A DNA stretch of 64,000 nucleotides from a virus (Duplodnaviria > Caudoviricetes). This document shows, one piece after another, positions 11,501 to 18,778 of the stretch. The stretch is taken from the IMG/VR virus record IMGVR_UViG_3300027374_000001; one strand, written 5' to 3'. Under the pieces are notes generated by a model that was not told where the DNA came from, ran no database searches, and was given only the letters and a program-made list of their open reading frames with translations. Position numbers and translations under genes: made by a program. Position 1 is the stretch's first letter. Each line of letters opens with the position of its first letter.

Positions 11501-14500
11501 TAGGGTTTGTAGTTAGACATTTTGAATCATTCGTCGATGGCGTTAAAACCATAGGTAGTGGAATAGGAAAGACTGTGTCTGGAATGTTCTCTAGTGCGTG
11601 GAAAGGCGATATGAAAGGAGTATTATCTTCCGCAGGAGAAAATGCTCAGTTTAAAGATAATCAGTTACTAAATACTATGTCTATGGGAGCTAATGGTGTA
11701 GTTGGAGCATTAATTTCTGTTCCTACATTATTAACTGCTGGTGTTGGAGTAGTAGCACGTAACTTTAATAAAGTGGTATCCGGGCTTAAGACTATAGGTT
11801 CTAGTCTCGGGAAAAATGTGCAGAATATGGCCACTAAAGCATGGTCTGGACATCCTATACAAGCTTTGACGGATAATTCTGCTAATGCTAATACTGATAA
11901 TAATCTAATAAATAAGTTGTCTGCCGGTATAAATTTTGCATCTAAAGTAATGCTATCTCCGATGGTGTTCTTAACGGCTGCCGTTGGTAAGCTAAAAGAC
12001 TTACTTAATAATGTAGTATCGGGACTTAAAACTATTGGAAATAGTATGACCAGTATGGTTTCTAATGTAATGTCAAAAGCTACGTCAGGAGAAAATCCTG
12101 CGTCCGCGATATTCACTACAGAGGGAGATGCAAGAACTGGTAATAAGTTAGTAGACTACACGTCTACCGTAATAAATACTATTGTTAAGATACCATTGAC
12201 TCCAGTAGCTATGCTTACATACGGAGTTAATAAAGTAGCTAACGGTATTAAAACATTTGCTAGTACCTTAGCTGAGGCTGGTACCTTATCTGATGATGAT
12301 CAAAAGTTAGTAGATCAAGCTAAAGAAGGAGATATAAACCCGTTTACTAAGAAGTACTGGACAGTAAATACTAGTCTTACTGGTGTAGCTAAAGGATTTA
12401 ATACGTTTATATCTATATTCCATAAAGTAATGGCATTACCTCAAGCATTGGTAGGATATCTCAATCCTTTGTCATTGGCTAAGAAGGGTGCTAAATGGGT
12501 ATTGGACAAACTCGGAATTGATGATAGCGAAACTGGTAGTGGAAGTGGAGCTAAGGGAGCTGCTATTACAACCGGAGTTGCCGGTGCTGCTGCTGGAAAG
12601 GTATTAGGCACAGCAACAGATGCAGTGAAAAGTGTAACTGGAGGCGGTTCCGGCCAAAAAGCTGCTGAGGAGAATAGATTTAGAAATGCAGTACGTAAAT
12701 CTCAAGATACTGAAAGAGCTATAAATGAAAAGGTATCTGATAACACCTTTGTATCCCAGTTAGATCCTAGGTACGCAAATAAGAGGTTTAATATCAAAGG
12801 AGATACTCAGGCACAAACTCTGGGTGATACCGGCTGTGCGCCAGCCGCGGCTACAATGGCTATAAATGGTACATTAGGTCAGCGTCAAGAGTCTATGACA
12901 TCTGCTGCTAAATCTGCTATTAAGTATAAACTCAAAAACGATGGGGTTAACGCTGCATACTTTAATGAAGAATTTGCTAAGAATGGAATGAGTGCACAGT
13001 ATATTACTACTAGTGATTCTAACGAAAGAGCAAATCAAATTAAAAAGCATCTCTCTAATCATAATAGAGTTGTACTTCTAGGACAAGATCCTACTAATTC
13101 GTCTAAGAAGCAATCTCCATACGGCCCAGATAAGCATTACATAGTGGCTAATGGAATGTCTAAAGATGGAAAATATATTTATATTAACGACCCAGAGTCA
13201 AGTAAAGCTAATGTGAAATATCCAGCTAATAAGATACTTAGCAATTCTTCTTTGGGAATTGCTGCTGCAACTGCAAAAGGGTCTAATCTTCCTAATTTAA
13301 GAGATAAGATATTATACACTATTTCTGGTAGAGGAGCATTACCTGGAAGTGACGTTGCAGAAAAGTGTTGGAACTACATCAGATCAAGAGGATGCAGTGA
13401 AGCTGCTACTGCTGGTATGCTTGGAAACTTCCAGCAGGAAACGGGAATGAATCCTGCTGTAGACGGAGGACCAGCTGCTGGATTGTATCAGATGGAAAAG
13501 AGCACCGGTCATTTTGCACAATATTGTGCTTATGCTAAATCTAAGGGTTGTGATTGGACAGATCTTAAATGCCAATTAGACTGGCTATTTGAAGGCGGTA
13601 AGATGGAAGAAACCTTCAAGACCTACACTGGTAAACAACCACACTATTACTCTACTGGAGAATGGTGTTGGTGGCCACAAAAGATGACATGGGATGAGTT
13701 CAAGAAGCTTGATGATGTAGCTAAAGCTACCGAGATATTCGAGAGAGTATATGAGAGAGGTAGCATACCTAGAATGGATAAACGTATCCAGTATGCTAAA
13801 GAGTATTATCAAAGATTTACAGGCAAGTTTGTTAAAGTTGATGGTACTAGCTCGGATGGTGGTTCTGGAGAAGGAGAAAGCTCTCAAAGTAATTCTGGTA
13901 CATGGGTAGATAAAGTTTATGGTGTATTTGATAAACTTGCTACTGCTTATGGACTGAAATCTAATGAGTCTTCTGGCTCTTCCGATGGTTCTTCTTCTGG
14001 AGGAGTTGTAGGAGGAAGCGATAAGCAAAAAGCATTAGTTAATCAAATGAAATCCATTGAAGGTAAGCTGGCATACGCTCAGAATAATGCACAGTTCCCG
14101 GGGCCGAGAAGTGCTGAGGGAGGTATAAGTTCTGACTGTTCAGAGACTTGTCAGTGGGCATATAAGAAAGTCTTGAACGTAGACCCTGGTTCTTGGACAG
14201 GAGCTATGGAGACTGACGATGATACTTATACAGTAACTACAAGTTTTGACGAGTCTAAAATGCAACCTGGAGATTTAATACTTTATAACGGACACGTTGA
14301 AATGTATGCTGGGGATGGTCAGATGATTGGACATGGAGGACCCGGAAAAGGACCAACGACGAAGAAGCTCTCTGACCAAGGAAGATTTAGAATGATAAGA
14401 AGATGGAAAGGGTTTAAAGACGGAGGTGAAAGCAGTGGTTCTGGCTCCGGTTTATTTGTAGGAAGAGGAACTGACCCAACTAAGTCTTCTAAAAATGCAA

Positions 14501-15057
14501 CCAATAAATTTAGTTATGTTGAGAATAGTAAGTTTAGTTCACGTCCATATAAGAAAGTTGAGAATTTGATTTCTAAAGGAAATGTAAAAACTTGGCTTCC
14601 ACCTGAATACGACCAAGAGAAGTTTGAAGAGAAAGACATTCAGATTTCTAATATTGATAGTGATGGTGTAATGATAGATTCTAATAAGATTGACACCAAC
14701 AAAATCAAGCGTGCAAGCGCTAGAGGAAGTAATGTCGATTTGTTGAGGAATCTTGGTAGTATGCTAGGTCGTACACAGACACAAAAGAAAGATGACGGAA
14801 ATAGTAGAGAGCTTATTATTCTAATAAAAACTATTGTACAACTGCTTTCCAGTGTTGTTAAAAATACGGAACAGTTGAATAATATAGCTAAACTCTTAGG
14901 TGATTACTTATCAGAGACAGGAAAGAGCGGTTCTGATAGTAAGACTGCATTAATTGCTAAGCAAAATCTTATAAATGCTATGCAGGGTGGAAATAATTCT
15001 GTAAATGAGCAACTTATGAGATTGATAGAAAGTACTGAGATGATAGCTAGTGAATAA
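2560..15057 (+). CDS. tail tape measure protein with C-terminal peptidoglycan hydrolases (C39-like peptidase, phage tail lysozyme, NlpC/P60)
   Basis: 4165 aa, helical Ala/Gly/Lys-rich with hydrophobic Gly-rich segments; SQLDPRY..GCAPAAATMA..HYIV..INDP (C39-like); GMLGNFQQETGMNP..GLYQ..QLDWL..FERVYER (tail lysozyme); SDCS..PGDLILYNGHVEMYAGDGQMIGH (NlpC/P60). Confidence 0.85.
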   Translation: MANALSYIRNVGKSVKYMSIEVAKEMNPTIKGFNDTNSNIMKDMYLSVKTLKRKSKEMPAKIMESQYTEFGRTFLRNLKQDISTGQFYNRERINEYDEKATMSMLGDNGDGMDFDFGSMDDGLEQTEMSSNEMMDLVGEKSSTAVASAVAKSAEYIMQGTGEIAKAQYRQMNAIYAGLHTGMGTINKNVTALLQFSTETTTAHYENSKKFYESVNKADQEKITLLKEISENIKKISDADSKDSKGYSSKKKTYSDMTDSDGIVDLETYFESVKKNIKDRVGEVTDMLDMMSDKDMLMTFASSPVSLIMQEIMPKLLPKVVKTSMESFNKTLGGMFGSALLKLKETANEKGGFWDLASDIFGVNNSMKTTLDPSKYEKGRVPFDGITRKAIVEVIPTYLSKIYSALSGNQQDRFDYETGKFVTMDQLQKQLKDVTKFSRDSAMFDVDDLVKSKMKKDGFKSDKERKAFERDWEALKDYMFKNQRVFNTRQKKSASSYGLKGGMASEVNLEILRQMLDGTPEMMMLANNIMQGRDSVTRQMKELESRGDSVFTALQNGSVEQKSDADKKSSPIAGINNGVINELKAIHKEISYIRLYGIRGRGGSNNKRNGPIPSFDSFDLDALSNVKSRSGDKDYDKNHAEYENIPDLTKEEIKSYAAERIDDKYDAYGRNTKSKSFSAQVREAQGLSAKAAVVVENIKNLAKRPGEFIASVYDKADERMYDFIYGPKEDKTGKKSFSGRLFNRLEQIFDKFSTFIDDTIITPLKAKINKQNIHDAASRFFSMFGINLDETVDKMKQFFFGKKNDGKISEKGLFTDFQQGLSKEFKNVGSWIKDAFAEAGDDLGLDGSKKKQSLELSKQLRDIKIKYAKLGGNTDDLTQAASGMRMVDKTGLAVISEGEMIIPPDMDPLNIAKRYRKERAVKNKLKSNGVDNIMMYAKGKIVQFDRNRKAKKAVNESSAQGHEMTEEEYNAEIDARKKAQTDEKKEEIRNNILNSLLKKYQKISGNKKDIDESRWKFSDAASDALRGFGNSIHDVVEKEIKESGLFGDEKEVETLKKRGKNLFQQAKESLPSLTTGATLGAGLSLMTGFIGGPLIGAGIGAAVGLAKRSESFQNFLFGEQKDGEYQGGIIFSKELSNNIHKYLPGMAKSATVGGIITALPLVPGGPVAGIVLGSAFGFAKNSETVQNALFGEGKLFENKEQFQNKMRSVLPKMGIGAAAGLLAGPFGMTTNILLGSALGFASDTDKFKDFMFGAVDPETNERTGGLFGSITRPAIDFFHDMFVEFKGFVKDKILEPIKTAFEPLANQFHLMMDSVTGFFKDWISEKVGQPIHRMMERLTKKVFGGIKSVLGFILKPAFWAAQMPIRAFSRLGDTARKHQVKTGGTRKTMSAAARNAYRRSKGAKMLIGGRDHFAQFDESLENMDYEQIEQFQDMLAGVESSRLTAKKAHQESFNKIRNVVWSKDFDLKKTAVGKEVLRLIKSGYYEDALKYIDRLGTDPSKGGLTEEQKDKLRGVINKEASKMKMADKARKSRPEAMNELYGQLGSLGMNMDRKLFDKITGSTHEVNKIRDMLNYEKSLRGGPIAEQLANPNKVISEEQKQRHTEIKDKLDKIIENLTKISDISSSLYTDDLKNQEERFKYVSSHGEEGEENPELAERTHILPFIRRGVKKVAGAPIKGVKAGSKIVSMTTGAVKGAAGKVRNTNTMNKVFGDKNTDWKKKAAVVSEGEAIISDVDDAKEHAVGSLGGKNRREGANPLFDLFKNIEKGIKLIAASSVSKSSNDGIDIDTAAANKKGSVVDFVKKAKNKAKNASRYITQFVDGHPIKLFKDKNGDQEIDPSSAETKNSLKIIQDKENTQKGILASLTSLPSKIGSFFKGGDKEEKEESWFSKIVGGIKNLASIIPTGLKVAGGLTAGAVLAEKASPYLESFWNETVHPYLSASWNGEKDGFGKFIYFFNPANPDGLLEKFKTFMQEDFPTIAKTIAAYTGDAVNWALTNVLPGLVTSLITNFPTAMVGVGKGIIAGVDNLISGRKKNDGKLDDVKVYPAGGAYKTGNAAAPKWMRDSAKDIQLGSYDWDNMKFDSSGSTVGYDIDSNISKVRNMSETVEEAKKDGVTPNLKYEDTGKKTKSGTKTYTVGGATVVKKDPLNGKLPKAFNFIPEAYKSKAISEYEKVKYAVVDMSGYGVMTVGEVLNSDTVVLGVTGDGEEITGSHALEHYETSKMLGMEVKLSQDEIKANTAAVGSYGTTTGSKLTKGGLKGITRSLLGASTGVKGGSKVVEGGAKAVGALTRLIPGVGKYSQKGLNKLGEGSAKGMGKASKGLQKLGVKLGLNKGSIKENGSTLFEFLDDIAKGDLSYDEVADVVKELDAEKAAEKAKSASSKAASKAAKKTKTKKSSFFDRFKKPKEVSETFGADVIDVIDADGTVLKHADDGATAASKFANNVLALPGETMDGKTVDAVAGLTEKAAKSSTTEVAKTAGKEVAEKALKDGAGNALGEIASSQKKGILGKFIDLVKSGISKVLNSPVVQKYFKGAIKGIGKGAQKATANLDKLGVKLGTKVAELLAKHGGKMGAKAAAKIGAYAGSALVILVADALLSFTLGVKNANNIVGTVEQPDAFTRFLCGLANCVNEVFLLGLVPLNLVVDIIIKLGEECLGMDFGELSEQREEAQRIVDEYNEEHGTDLTIEEYNNKDKLWTKVKKGASDLWEGAKDLGGKAVTEAKEFGSGLLDKAKGVGDKAKEFGSGLLDKAKGVGDKAKDLGGKVITKAKDLGKKAKESIMGKSSFTEEELSELDEYNKKNGTNISAEEYYNGGRIGYEIKKGIDNVVTGAKKRIDTAVDLASYAGKVFKDTWDELVTGEEKKSPDLKIDANDPYHDHKYLIYSTIKIAAFIPGQIAKLARNIYEKALKPLGEGIVTVGKGIGNTVTDMFTNAWNGDIKNVFTAASRNAGFDDNDMLKYVSMGANTAVASMLAVPTLLTSGIGFVVRHFESFVDGVKTIGSGIGKTVSGMFSSAWKGDMKGVLSSAGENAQFKDNQLLNTMSMGANGVVGALISVPTLLTAGVGVVARNFNKVVSGLKTIGSSLGKNVQNMATKAWSGHPIQALTDNSANANTDNNLINKLSAGINFASKVMLSPMVFLTAAVGKLKDLLNNVVSGLKTIGNSMTSMVSNVMSKATSGENPASAIFTTEGDARTGNKLVDYTSTVINTIVKIPLTPVAMLTYGVNKVANGIKTFASTLAEAGTLSDDDQKLVDQAKEGDINPFTKKYWTVNTSLTGVAKGFNTFISIFHKVMALPQALVGYLNPLSLAKKGAKWVLDKLGIDDSETGSGSGAKGAAITTGVAGAAAGKVLGTATDAVKSVTGGGSGQKAAEENRFRNAVRKSQDTERAINEKVSDNTFVSQLDPRYANKRFNIKGDTQAQTLGDTGCAPAAATMAINGTLGQRQESMTSAAKSAIKYKLKNDGVNAAYFNEEFAKNGMSAQYITTSDSNERANQIKKHLSNHNRVVLLGQDPTNSSKKQSPYGPDKHYIVANGMSKDGKYIYINDPESSKANVKYPANKILSNSSLGIAAATAKGSNLPNLRDKILYTISGRGALPGSDVAEKCWNYIRSRGCSEAATAGMLGNFQQETGMNPAVDGGPAAGLYQMEKSTGHFAQYCAYAKSKGCDWTDLKCQLDWLFEGGKMEETFKTYTGKQPHYYSTGEWCWWPQKMTWDEFKKLDDVAKATEIFERVYERGSIPRMDKRIQYAKEYYQRFTGKFVKVDGTSSDGGSGEGESSQSNSGTWVDKVYGVFDKLATAYGLKSNESSGSSDGSSSGGVVGGSDKQKALVNQMKSIEGKLAYAQNNAQFPGPRSAEGGISSDCSETCQWAYKKVLNVDPGSWTGAMETDDDTYTVTTSFDESKMQPGDLILYNGHVEMYAGDGQMIGHGGPGKGPTTKKLSDQGRFRMIRRWKGFKDGGESSGSGSGLFVGRGTDPTKSSKNATNKFSYVENSKFSSRPYKKVENLISKGNVKTWLPPEYDQEKFEEKDIQISNIDSDGVMIDSNKIDTNKIKRASARGSNVDLLRNLGSMLGRTQTQKKDDGNSRELIILIKTIVQLLSSVVKNTEQLNNIAKLLGDYLSETGKSGSDSKTALIAKQNLINAMQGGNNSVNEQLMRLIESTEMIASE
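10690..10890 (+). repeat. intragenic tandem repeats in the tape measure (KAKEFGSGLLDKAKGVGD x2, KDLGGK)
   Basis: Direct protein and DNA repeats visible within the ORF. Confidence 0.75.
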
Positions 15058-15063
15058 GATTAA

Positions 15064-15099
15064 AGGAGTAGGAGATTGTTCTCCTACTCCTATCTTTTT
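15064..15099 (+). terminator. intrinsic terminator or hairpin after the tape measure
   Basis: AGGAGTAGGAGA-TTGT-TCTCCTACTCCT then ATCTTTTT. Confidence 0.65.
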
Positions 15100-15113
15100 A
15101 GGAGGATAATAAT

Positions 15114-16634
15114 ATGCCGAACAAATTAGAAGCTGCTGTAGCAGTGCCTAAAGATCAAAATAATAAATTATCAGAAAAAGAGCAAATAGCTAGGGATGTA
15201 CTAGATCAGCAGCAAAATATATTAGAAGCGTATTTAACGGATGAAGCAGTTAAACGTTCAGATGAAACAGTTGTGTCTGGACTTATGACTCATAATTTAA
15301 ATGGCATATATGGATTGCCATATCAGTTTATGACTAATGTAGATCCTGTATTAACTGGTACCCAATTTGGAAGAAAATATGCAGAAAGAATAATTAGTAA
15401 AATGCCATTATTGCTTGTAACACCCGGAAAGGTTAGATTTATGAGTAACTTTTCTAAAGAAGAACAAACTGGAATATTAGCCGATTTAATTCAAGTGGGA
15501 AAGGGTCTTAATGTAGAAACCGATATAGATAGTATAATAAAGGACAATGGTAAATTTTTTACCTTTGAATTTGCTTATACTGAATATTTTGATTATGTAA
15601 ATGCGATATGCCGTACAGGAGCAAGATATTTAGGTATTCAAGATGTGGTAATGGATATAGGCGGAAAACAAGCAACTGCAGATAAGTTTCAATGGCAAAA
15701 TGCTTTAAATTCTGATTTTAAGGCTACATTCACATCTCAAGAGTTCATTGCATTTTATATGGACTCTTCAGATCAGGTATCTGAAGAGTTTAGCAACGAA
15801 ACAACTCAATCTCAACTTGCTAGTACAGTAAACGGAATGTCTGATTTGGGTAGAGAAATAGGATTCTTATTAGGTGCTGGTGCTGGAACTACATTTGAAT
15901 GGATGGATCAAGCTGCCTTAGATTCTACCATGCAAACTATTGATGAATTGACTAATAAATATCTTAACGGTTCTAATATCATAAAGAATATAGCGAATAA
16001 TTTTGCTACAGTAGCTTGTGGTGGTAAATTATTATTTCCAGAGATATGGGCAGATTCATCGTTTTCTAGATCATTTGATATTACCATTAAATTGAGAACA
16101 CCTGATCCTAGTGTTATGGCGTGGTATACTAATATATTTGCACCATTGGCTCACCTCATGGGGCTTACCGCTGGGCATACTGAAACTGCAGCCACTCAAT
16201 CTGCGCAATCGTATTTTTCTCCATTCTTAATTAGAGCTTTCTATAAGGGGTTGTTTAATATAGAAATGGGAATAGTAACAAGTATGAGCATAACTAAAGG
16301 TAAAGAATCTGCTTGGACAGTGAATGGTTTACCTACAGAAGTAGATGTGTCATTAAGTATTAAAGATTTATATAATATGATGGCTATAACTCCTGGAACA
16401 AAACCAAAATATTTTGTGTCCAATTCAATACTGATGGATTATATAGCTAATACTTGTGGGGTTAATATAAATAAGATGGATATTCAAAGAACGTTAGATA
16501 TTTATCTTATTCTTACCAGTAATAGAATGACTGACATACCAAATAAGATTCACAGTAAACTGCAAACTAGTATTGATAATATGGCAATGCGAGTATACGA
16601 TGCCGCAATTAACAAACTATTGCCTAATCTGTAA
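15114..16634 (+). CDS. virion structural protein, probable baseplate hub/tail tube initiator
   Basis: Directly after the tape measure; FPEIWADSSFSRSFDITIKL..PFLIRA..GIVTSMSITKG..GLPTEVDVSLSIKDL is a tube/hub-fold pattern of jumbo myophages. Confidence 0.55.
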   Translation: MPNKLEAAVAVPKDQNNKLSEKEQIARDVLDQQQNILEAYLTDEAVKRSDETVVSGLMTHNLNGIYGLPYQFMTNVDPVLTGTQFGRKYAERIISKMPLLLVTPGKVRFMSNFSKEEQTGILADLIQVGKGLNVETDIDSIIKDNGKFFTFEFAYTEYFDYVNAICRTGARYLGIQDVVMDIGGKQATADKFQWQNALNSDFKATFTSQEFIAFYMDSSDQVSEEFSNETTQSQLASTVNGMSDLGREIGFLLGAGAGTTFEWMDQAALDSTMQTIDELTNKYLNGSNIIKNIANNFATVACGGKLLFPEIWADSSFSRSFDITIKLRTPDPSVMAWYTNIFAPLAHLMGLTAGHTETAATQSAQSYFSPFLIRAFYKGLFNIEMGIVTSMSITKGKESAWTVNGLPTEVDVSLSIKDLYNMMAITPGTKPKYFVSNSILMDYIANTCGVNINKMDIQRTLDIYLILTSNRMTDIPNKIHSKLQTSIDNMAMRVYDAAINKLLPNL

Positions 16635-16703
16635 AGTATTGTTTTAAAGCCTCTGAAACATTTCAATATAATACGGATTTTGTAAGGCGTAGGGGGTGAT
16701 AAT

Positions 16704-17432
16704 ATAAAAAATAAAAACCGTAGTCAAAAAGCTAAAGAATATGCTGCTAAATATTCTGAGATTCCTATAAATTATGAAGAAAGACTATCGTGGATGGTAG
16801 ATCATTATAATTTATCCGAATCTAAGATGGAAGAAATAATAAATAAAAGAGAAAATGTAATAGCTAATATGGTGTTTTTTACTTGTAAAGTGGTTCAGTT
16901 ATTAGAAATTCCTGAGGGGACGCATCGTTCTAGATTTAGAATAATAAAGAAGGATAATTATAATAGAATAGCAATGCAAGATGAATTCGTTCATGTGTAT
17001 ACTCCAAATGCACAGGATGATTTTAAATATATGCATCAAATGATAGATGAGGAATTAGTTTATATTGATGGATTAATTAATACCCCGTGTATTATAGATT
17101 ATTATGCATATTTCAAAACACCATCATATTACAATACAACAGATATATTCTTAGGTGAAACAGGTTTATTCAGGCCCCCCATTGATAAGCCAGATTGGGA
17201 TAATTGCGGAAAAAAATATTGTGATATGTATAATCATAACATATGGTTGGACGATGCTTTAGTACTAGATGGAGCAGTGCATAAATATTATTCTATACTT
17301 CCTAGAGTAGAAATATATCTCAAATATTTAAACTGTACTTATACCAAGGCTCAATATAATAGAATAATAAAAAGAAAAGATTATGATGGAACGGAAATAC
17401 ATTATTTAGATAGATACGGGAGGCTAGTATAA
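16704..17432 (+). CDS. RusA-like Holliday junction resolvase
   Basis: KPDWDNCGKKYCD..IWLDDALV..KYYSILPRVEI is the RusA catalytic pattern; frame is open to an ATA at 16704 just after the GGGGGTG RBS (track start 16794). Confidence 0.75.
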   Translation: MKNKNRSQKAKEYAAKYSEIPINYEERLSWMVDHYNLSESKMEEIINKRENVIANMVFFTCKVVQLLEIPEGTHRSRFRIIKKDNYNRIAMQDEFVHVYTPNAQDDFKYMHQMIDEELVYIDGLINTPCIIDYYAYFKTPSYYNTTDIFLGETGLFRPPIDKPDWDNCGKKYCDMYNHNIWLDDALVLDGAVHKYYSILPRVEIYLKYLNCTYTKAQYNRIIKRKDYDGTEIHYLDRYGRLV

Positions 17433-17434
17433 AA

Positions 17435-17839
17435 ATGAACTATGATTTACGTAGACTTATTACTGAACTAAGGATATTTTTTAATAATTATATATATACA
17501 GATAAAAATTATGCGGATACATTATTAGAACTTATACAAACTAATTCATTCACTCCGGTAGTTTCAGCTGTAATAGAGTATACTTCACCTACACATGTTG
17601 TATTAATATTCGAGAAAAAATACGAGTATAATGTAGATATACGCAATGCTGTTCATTCATTTTATAAGTATTTATTTAGTTCAGGAGATTTAAGAAAATT
17701 AATTGAAACTCAATATACTGGTGAATATAAAAATGAATTACTACAAATGATCCCGCAAATCAGTGACGATTCTTCTATAATTTGTAATATGTATAATATG
17801 ACAATGATGGATGCAAATATAATGTATATATATCTATAA
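17435..17839 (+). CDS. hypothetical protein
   Basis: 134-aa ORF directly after the resolvase, GGAGG RBS. Confidence 0.7.
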   Translation: MNYDLRRLITELRIFFNNYIYTDKNYADTLLELIQTNSFTPVVSAVIEYTSPTHVVLIFEKKYEYNVDIRNAVHSFYKYLFSSGDLRKLIETQYTGEYKNELLQMIPQISDDSSIICNMYNMTMMDANIMYIYL

Positions 17840-17846
17840 AAGAGTC

Positions 17847-17870
17847 CCCATGGGAAGTGATCCCATGGGG
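17847..17870. terminator. hairpin between convergent genes
   Basis: CCCCATGGGA-AGTGA-TCCCATGGGG. Confidence 0.6.
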
Positions 17871-17875
17871 GCATT

Positions 17876-18742
17876 TTATTTCATATCTTCTAAAACCCTT
17901 TTAACGTAACTCTCGTTTACATTTTTTAACTCTAATACATTCAGCATTTCAAGAAATGTATACATCGTAGTTACGTTTCTTCTTATAGCCCGAACATCAA
18001 GTTTTCCGTTATCTCCGGTAAAAGTTTCAAGCATTGCCTTATCATTGACCGTGCTCTGAGTAGCAAGATTCATCATCTCTTCAAAAAGATTAATTCTTCT
18101 ATAGTTCTTACGTCCTTTTATTTCATCTACCTGACGTCTGTACATTTGAACGAATTCTTGTTTAATCTTTTCTTTTTCTTCTTTATTTTTAGCTTTAATA
18201 TTATCGATCTTTTCTTTAGTTTCCGCTGCTAATTTATCGAGTTTCTCCTTATCTTCAGCATTAGCTATAGCATAATCTTCTATTGCGCAGCATACGTTTT
18301 TATTTATCCTGGTCGTAATTTCGGGTTCTGATAAGGTTTCAAGCTTTTCAAAGAAATTATCTGTAACAGTTTTACTAATCTTAAATGTAGAAGGATCTGT
18401 ATCTTTAGCTCCATGAACTACAACTCTATGTGTAGATTCTACTGCTTCTGCTATTGATGCTAACAGTACAGATTGACTTTTCATATGACTTAACAGCCTG
18501 GGAGTAGTTTCTTCTGTAACGAAAGATTCGCATAAGAATTTTCCCATCTGATTATTAGCATCTTTTAAGCACGGCTGCAAAAAATAATTCAACGCCTCAG
18601 ATAATAAATAGATTTTGGATTCACTCACAAAATCTGTGTATTTTCTTTTATTTTGCTCCATATTCATAAATCTCTTTCTATCCTGATTATACATTTCTTG
18701 TTGAACTCTTTGTTGTTCAACAGTAGGAATTTCGTAACTCAT
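17876..18742 (-). CDS. hypothetical protein, probably virion structural
   Basis: 288-aa ORF, AAGGAGG RBS, late promoter motif at 18778-18767. Confidence 0.65.
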   Translation of the reverse strand: MSYEIPTVEQQRVQQEMYNQDRKRFMNMEQNKRKYTDFVSESKIYLLSEALNYFLQPCLKDANNQMGKFLCESFVTEETTPRLLSHMKSQSVLLASIAEAVESTHRVVVHGAKDTDPSTFKISKTVTDNFFEKLETLSEPEITTRINKNVCCAIEDYAIANAEDKEKLDKLAAETKEKIDNIKAKNKEEKEKIKQEFVQMYRRQVDEIKGRKNYRRINLFEEMMNLATQSTVNDKAMLETFTGDNGKLDVRAIRRNVTTMYTFLEMLNVLELKNVNESYVKRVLEDMK

Positions 18743-18778
18743 AATTTGTATTTCCTCCTTTTATTTTAAGTATATGTT

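Noticed and set aside
3013-14504. Numerous minus-strand ORFs (60-204 aa) inside the tape measure gene
   Set aside because: Shadow ORFs antisense to a long real gene; no RBS or plausible protein features
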